64,000 nt of DNA from a virus, in IMG/VR virus record IMGVR_UViG_3300037247_001096, positions 1 through 64,000 of that record; one strand, written 5' to 3'. This document shows, piece after piece, positions 62,010-64,000 of the stretch. Under the pieces are notes generated by a model that worked only from the letters and a program-made list of their open reading frames with translations, had not been told where the DNA came from and did no database searches. Each line of letters starts with the position of its first letter. Within the stretch, counting starts at the first letter, position 1. The position numbers and the translations under genes are program-made.

Positions 62010-63152
62010 CTAATTCACCAGTCCTATCGTTCTCAAGTCGGCAATCAGAGTCCCAAGGACATCCGCAAGCTCGTGTATGCTCGTCGCGTCGGCGTCGAAG
62101 CTGCGGTCGGTCGTCACGTTCGACTCCGTGTAGGTCTGCACTGCCCCTACCTCTAGCGTACCGCTCACCGTCACCGCTGGGGCCGTGATCTCAAGCTTGG
62201 TATCGGCGTCAATGTCGAGCTGCCCGTCCACTGACGAATAGACCTTGAGGGTAGTGTCCCGGAAGTTGAGTTCGTTGGCCCCCGTAACAAGCAGGGCGCC
62301 CGTGAGGTCTCTCGTCCCGTCGGCTAGGAGGTACTGCGTGTGGTCATCGTCCGCTAGCCCTATAAGGGCTGCGTGAGGTACGAGACTGGCGCTTCTTGCG
62401 ACCTCCACCCAAATTAGGCCTGTGTATCGCAAGAAGATAACGTCCAATAGGGTATTCATCGTGACATCGACACCATCTGAAAGGAATATGCTGTTCAATA
62501 TCGGCGGAGAGGTGTTTTTTATGACTACATCGCGGTCGTCGGCTGCGAGGCTCAAGATGAGCCATGCCCCACTGACACCGCCTTCTATATGTTCCAAGTC
62601 GTCAGATGGATCGCCGCCCTCGGTATCGACAAGATGAACGGCTTTGTCGATAGTGATAGTGCCACTGGATATGGTCTTCGTAGTCGCCGTGCCCCAAGCC
62701 ACGATGTTCTCAAATAGAGCACGAGCCTGAGTTATTGTGAGGACTTCTATTCCCCCCGCGTCGAAGCGGATGATGTCCTCGTCGGCCGACTCCTCTACTT
62801 GAATCTTGGTGTCGCCATCCGCATCGCCTATTGAGATATGATCGAGATCACCAAGACCGCTATGGGTACTATGCGCATGAGCCTCGGCGTGCAGTTCACT
62901 ATCCCTTGCAATAGCCGCAGGGATGTCCGCATCCACCAGCGCACGGAAGGTAGGATCATCGTCACCGCCACTAGCAGGGCCGACAAAGACAAGATTTGCA
63001 CCCTGTGTGTCGAGGGTAATCTGCTGCCCCGTCAGCCCGAGCAGCGTGTCGGCATCGGCAGCTAGAGTGACGGCGTTATGCTGGAGGGAGTCAACCTGTA
63101 CCCACGCGAGACCTGTCCAGACCCAGGAGTCTCCATCCTCATTCAAGGCCAT
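62010..63152 (-). CDS. Tail/head fibre-like mosaic protein (frame open up to 63299)
   Basis: PTFRALVDADIP, DADGDTKIQVEE..DEDIIRFD, DDHTQYLLADGTR modules typical of phage fibres. Confidence 0.65.
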   Translation of the reverse strand: MALNEDGDSWVWTGLAWVQVDSLQHNAVTLAADADTLLGLTGQQITLDTQGANLVFVGPASGGDDDPTFRALVDADIPAAIARDSELHAEAHAHSTHSGLGDLDHISIGDADGDTKIQVEESADEDIIRFDAGGIEVLTITQARALFENIVAWGTATTKTISSGTITIDKAVHLVDTEGGDPSDDLEHIEGGVSGAWLILSLAADDRDVVIKNTSPPILNSIFLSDGVDVTMNTLLDVIFLRYTGLIWVEVARSASLVPHAALIGLADDDHTQYLLADGTRDLTGALLVTGANELNFRDTTLKVYSSVDGQLDIDADTKLEITAPAVTVSGTLEVGAVQTYTESNVTTDRSFDADATSIHELADVLGTLIADLRTIGLVN

Positions 63153-63294
63153 ATCCCCCGGCTCAACCTGGTTGGCAGTGATAACGTCTGGGTCGCTACC
63201 CAGGAAGTTCCAGACGAAGACCTCCCGGGCAATCGTATAGGGGACGGATTCTCGCGTCTCTCGCGGCCGCTGTTGGGAAAAGTGGTGGGGAATT

Positions 63295-63621
63295 TTAACT
63301 CATTCCCCCCCCCCCCCCCTCGGTATTACCGGGCAAGCGCTTTCGGCGCAGGCGGTTGTTCAAATCCTTCATCCGCCGGCGCCTCAGCTTCGTAGTCTCT
63401 GGCTCCTCCTCTTCTGGCGGGAAGACGAGAACTTCCTCAGGCACCACAAACTTACGGGGGAAGCCGGCAGCTAAGCCGTCGCGGAGCTCCTCGCCAGACT
63501 CCATGTCGACATCCCTGCCCACCTGGTCTAAGGCGGCTCTCACCTGGGGAGGCATCGACTTCTTCAGGCGCTTCCGCGCCTCTCCCCCACTCTCAATGAC
63601 AATGATCGTGATGTCTGCCAT
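63295..63621 (-). CDS. Hypothetical protein ending in a poly-G tract
   Basis: ORF track; 3' end runs through G15. Confidence 0.5.
   Translation of the reverse strand: MADITIIVIESGGEARKRLKKSMPPQVRAALDQVGRDVDMESGEELRDGLAAGFPRKFVVPEEVLVFPPEEEEPETTKLRRRRMKDLNNRLRRKRLPGNTEGGGGGMS
63305..63319. repeat. C15/G15 homopolymer
   Basis: Read directly. Confidence 0.9.
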
Positions 63622-63679
63622 GCTATCTCACATCTTCATTCTACTAGGTTCTAGCTACGCGGTGCAAGTCGTCATAAGG

Positions 63680-64000
63680 CTAGAACAGCTCCCCCCAACT
63701 GAGAGCAACGTCTGCTTCATGGCCACTACCACTGATTGCTTCCGCGGTAACCGTAAGGATGTCCCCCGGGTGCAGGCGTTCTGTGAACTCATTGAGGAAA
63801 ATCAAGTCCGAATCGGCCTTGCCCAAAAGAATGGTTAGGATGTCCTCCCCGCCAGTCAAACCACTTGCCCCCGTATCAATGGAGACTGTAGAGACTGCGG
63901 CGTCAAAGGCCGTGAAGTTAGGCGTCCCTGTCAACGTAGGATTAAGCCTAAGGCGGATGATGACGGGCTTAGTGGCGTCAGTTGCAACAGACAGATATTC
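63680..64000 (-). CDS. Virion-like protein, 5'-truncated by the window edge
   Basis: Frame is open from 64000 to the stop at 63680; ends LSWGELF. Confidence 0.55.
   Translation of the reverse strand, partial: EYLSVATDATKPVIIRLRLNPTLTGTPNFTAFDAAVSTVSIDTGASGLTGGEDILTILLGKADSDLIFLNEFTERLHPGDILTVTAEAISGSGHEADVALSWGELF

Noticed and set aside
1-64000. Stop-codon reassignment (TGA precedes two start-less frames; TAG is frequent)
   Set aside because: Core genes are uninterrupted in code 11 and end in TGA, TAG and TAA at tight ATGA/TAATG overlaps.
1-64000. Integrase, repressor switch, reverse transcriptase/DGR or phage RNA polymerase
   Set aside because: No such motifs were recognised in any ORF; they could lie outside the window.

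Overview
The window is most of a tailed dsDNA phage genome (GC-rich, host unknown). No tape measure, tail tube or sheath gene and no integrase was recognised. The minus strand (1-23.7 kb and 60.8-64 kb) carries morphogenesis genes: terminase large subunit, portal, a 1554-aa probable internal virion protein, scaffold, major capsid protein, duplicated head-tail adaptors and fibre-like proteins. The plus strand (24-60.8 kb) carries many small, often Cys-rich early genes, followed by SF2 helicase, DnaB-like helicase, primase, SSB, RecA, a split SbcC/Rad50 with SbcD/Mre11, a resolvase, a UDG-PolA fusion, a second apparently catalytically dead PolA paralogue, nucleotide-metabolism genes, endolysin and holin. 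The most striking unexplained signals are non-coding. (i) A hairpin in the late operon has a loop that is the exact antisense of an extended RBS motif (GGAGGTGCATC) used by several genes of this phage. (ii) An 83-nt alanine-identity, tmRNA-TLD-like RNA with no mRNA domain is followed by a second tRNA-like fold. (iii) A structured RNA of about 300 nt has its own promoter. (iv) Four sigma-28-like early promoters share exact spacing. (v) Two homologous iteron/operator arrays lie 10 kb apart. All product calls come from motif recognition by eye; no database searches were run.
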